DNA of 64,000 bases, taken from the human T2T-CHM13v2.0 reference genome, Homo sapiens. Shown piece by piece: positions 60,660 through 64,000 of the stretch. The number at the start of each line of letters is the position of its first letter. Position 1 is the stretch's first letter. Below the pieces are notes generated by a model. It ran no database searches and was not told where the DNA came from. It worked only from the letters and a program-made list of their open reading frames with translations. Where the stretch lies: assembly GCF_009914755.1 (NCBI RefSeq), contig NC_060930.1. One strand, given 5' to 3'. The translations under genes and the position numbers were made by a program.

Positions 60660-61240
60660 AAGACCATATTTGAATCACAGCTCAGATACTTATAGGCTGT
60701 GTGACCTTGGGAGATTGGTTCAACTTCTCTAATACCACTAGGTTTAACTTTTCTAAGGAGAATATGGATATAGTGGTGATACCCATTTCATAGGATTAAT
60801 CAAGGTTCAATGAGGTGATTTTCAATCTCCTCTCCCAGATTAAGGGTAGATGGCTGGGGTATTGGCAGGAGGCTAGCACTGTATGATCCTGGGTGGACAA
60901 GACAGCTGTATTGATTGTGGGGCATGAGATAAGCAGGGGAATCAAAGTAGCAGCCATTACTGAGGACAGGAGACAGAAAAACTGTGAAATATTCAATAAC
61001 AATAAGATTAATATTAATAGTGATATTAAATATCCAGAGTTGCTGTTGTGCCAACCTTAAGTGAGTTAAATATATTTTCTCATTTAATTCTCAGAAAAAT
61101 CTCCTGAGATGGATATAACTGTTAGAAAACTGAGCAAGAAAGATAAAGTTACATCACAGCTACCAACTGATAGAGTGAAATTTAACCCAAGTACACCAAC
61201 CCCAGAGTGAATGCTATAAACCACTGTGCTATGCTGCCTT
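60660..61240. mobile_element. Two MIR fragments in opposite orientation
   Basis: GCTGTGTGACCTTGGG core near 60700 and an antisense CTCATTTAATTCTCA..GAAAACTGAG core near 61080-61135. Confidence 0.6.
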
Positions 61241-61359
61241 TATACAAATCCAAAAAATTCAGATGGAGAAAAAATATTTATCCTTAAGCAATGTATGCAA
61301 TTGCAATGATCAAAAGTGAACAAATAGGTTCTGGATTTTTAGTAGGTGGAAGGCAGAAC

Positions 61360-61830
61360 CCATTCATTCATTCCTTCATTCAAGTATTGACTCAACACAT
61401 ATTTATTGCTTTTTATATGCTAAGAATAACACTGGCAGGGGAAAAACAAAACAGAAAATAGCCTCATGGAACTACATTCTAGTGGAGGAGACAGACACTA
61501 AAAATTAAATAGGTAGTATCATTTCAGAGAGTAAAAATATTAAAAATAAAATAAAGCCGAGTAAGGGGACAGAGAGGGGCTACTTCAAAAAGAGTGATTA
61601 AGGAAGGCTTCTCTGAGGAGACTGACATTTGATTGAAACCATTAATAATAAGAGGGATCATCTCTTTAAAAAGCTGGAAAGTAGTCCTTTAGCAGAGGGA
61701 ACCATCAGCGTTAAAAGCTCTGAGGTAAGAACAATGCAATGTGAGCAAAGCTTAGGGCCAGAGGAGGAGATGAGACAGATCACTGAGAGCATGAAAGGCC
61801 AGGTAATATAGTGCCTGTGGAGGCCTTAGA
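61360..61830 (-). mobile_element. L2 3' end fragment
   Basis: Starts with (CATT)n and contains GGAAGGCTTCTCTGAGGAG. Confidence 0.7.
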
Positions 61831-62015
61831 GAGATTTCTGGAGGTACCATTTGACAGATCCACAGAGCAAGGCCATTTTCTATAATTACTCTTAGTGGAA
61901 GTTCCTACCATGAGTGGAAGAGAGATGTTAAAGCTACTGAGATATGTGTGAGATTGTCAGAATCATCTTCTTGTATCTGCTTAGCTCAAAGTATGCCATC
62001 AAGAATTACCTGTTA

Positions 62016-62295
62016 CTGGGTGTGATGGTGCATGGTTGTGGTCCCAGTGACTTGGGAGGCCGAGGTGAGAGGATGGCTTGAGCCCAGGAGGACAAAGCTG
62101 CAGTGAGCTGTGATTGCCCCCACTGTACCCAGCCTGGGCGTGATGGTGCATGGTTGTGGTCCCAGTGACTTGGGAGGCCGAGGTGAGAGGATGGCTTGAG
62201 CCCAGGAGGTCAAAGCTGCAGTGAGCTGTGATTGCCCCCACTGTACTCCAGCCTGGGCAACATAGCAAGACCCTGTCTCTAAAAATAAATAATTA
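62016..62295 (+). mobile_element. Old Alu right-monomer (FRAM/AluJ-type) with internal tandem duplication
   Basis: J-type diagnostics GGATGGCTTGAGCCCAGGAGG and GCTGCAGTGAGCTGTGAT. Two consecutive copies of the right arm share one A-tail. Confidence 0.9.
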
Positions 62296-64000
62296 ATCAT
62301 TTGTTCATTTTTTTCTCATGCCTTTTTTCTTATTTATTTATTTATTTATTTTAAATAAGCCTTAGCTGAAAAACCTCCCTGAAACATTTATAATGCAAAA
62401 TGAAATGAAACCATCATTAAATTTAGGTTTTGCTGCTGATTAGGGACATGATGCTGGGCAAGTAATTCAACTTCTTTCAGTCTTAAGTTTCCTCATCTGG
62501 AAAATAAAGAAGGCAGGGGTTGGATTACTGATATATAAAGTTCCTTGTCTACCAAACATCCATTTTTCCATGTTTCTATGATCTAGATAGACAGTAGAAT
62601 TTATATCCTAGTGATTCACTTTTTTTTCCCTCACACATACAAAAAAAAACCTAAGAAAATTCAATGCCTGCAGTGCTCAAGACAGTATAGAGTAGATATT
62701 GCCACCAAGTACAAATGGATACACAAATAGTATACATATCCTATTAATTGTGATCTTCTCCTTACATCTGTCATGTTTTGACTTACCAAATATTCTCTTT
62801 AAGAGGGATTTTTATTACAGAAAACAAGATGCATGTGAGTTTATCTCAGAGCCTGTGATACATCAACCACTTTTGCTTCTTCCTTGATGTGACACAAGTT
62901 TTCTGGTCATTTCCACATGCGCTGTTTTACTCACCTGCTACTCAGTTGTCAGGCTGATGGTCACAGGCCTTCCGTGACAAGGAGTTCCACTGTCATACAG
63001 AGACATTAAATTGAACAACTTCTATCACAAGGAGTTAAACTTCTGAAACCTGCCACCTCTACTAAATAGAGGATTAAACAGAGGTTTAAAGTGAGTTCCC
63101 ATTGATTAGTTAATGGATTTATTTTGGGCATACTTAAAACTCACCTTTGACAGAAGTGTCAGCATATTCTGTTGAGAAGAGCAGATACACCCATCAGATA
63201 CTAAGCTAAAGTCTAGCTTTTTAAAGAGGAGAGCTTTGATTTGTTAGGAACTGAAGAAAAACACATTTCTGGTCTGCAAAGTCACATCCTGTGGCCGGAA
63301 GGGTGTCCTTTGGAGGGAAATATATTTCTGAAGAGCTAACAGTTGTTTGAATTGAATTAGCTCAATACAAAAAAAATGATTAGTATTCTGTGCTGTTGCT
63401 TAGTATAACTATGGTGTTTTGTGAGGCTTTGTCTTTCGGCAAATTTTTGGTAAAAGTGGATTCTGGATTTTATATAGCTGGAGTGAACCAACCATTTACT
63501 TTCAATGTGAACATTATTCATTTGAAGACAACAATGTTCATGCATTTTTTTGTTACATTATCTGTATGTATCACAAGCAACCATATTTCCTCAATTGGCA
63601 AATCAGGTTGGCCGTTTCCTGGTAAATTAAAGCCCATTTGGAATTTGAATAGATCTTATTTTGAACAAGCCTTTTCCCCGTTTCTGCTCTCAAATTGGCC
63701 ACATTGGCTTAGAGCATACCCATCTAACCTGCACTTAGTTTTGGATAGACAGAATTTGGAGACTTGAATTAAAAAATAAGGAAGCTCCATGTTCACCTCA
63801 CCCCACCCCAACCAAAGCAGTACCACTCTTATCTGAATTCCTGATCAAGTGCTGCTAAATAATTTTAAAACCACTGTACTACAAATAACCTAGAGGCAGT
63901 CAGTAGTTTACATGCTCCTAGATTTAGGAATTGCACAAACCCAGCCTTTCTTGTATGTTGTTGACTTTTCTATGTAATTCTTCTCTTGGAGTAGTCTAGA

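Noticed and set aside
62016-62257. Direct repeats as a CRISPR-like array
   Set aside because: Eukaryotic Alu sequence, with two adjacent copies and no spacers.
63390-63767. 125-aa ORF in non-repeat DNA (likewise 27918..28310 and 3452..3748)
   Set aside because: Non-ATG starts, no recognisable domain or coding-like composition, and no convincing exon boundaries.

Overview
Human genomic DNA: a near-consensus AluYa5, a human-specific subfamily, is present. The window is AT-rich and repeat-dominated, with no intact protein-coding gene, RNA gene or CpG island that I can support, so it is intergenic or deep intronic. Nearly all ORF-track entries are L1, Alu or THE1 debris or chance ORFs. Main contents: (1) an ancient L1MA-type LINE at 13.9-19.4 kb that keeps both ends and a 14-bp TSD but has two large internal deletions; (2) a three-level nest at 21.3-24.2 kb (MST solo LTR > two-LTR THE1 element > AluS), in which the two THE1 LTRs are discordant; (3) a full-length processed pseudogene of PA2G4/EBP1 on the minus strand with a 15-bp TSD; (4) a twin-primed, 5'-inverted L1PA3-like insertion at 42.1-47.5 kb that still carries the ~129-bp ZNF93-target segment; (5) about ten Alus plus old L1M, L2, MIR and MLT1 fragments. 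I found no previously undescribed multi-gene system. The best leads are the discordant THE1 LTRs, the inverted L1 geometry, a cluster of three RFX X-box-like motifs in apparently unique DNA, a recent ~118-bp tandem duplication of an old Alu monomer, and an 18-bp fold-back hairpin inside an old L1. Repeat subfamily names come from recalled consensus motifs, not from a database search.
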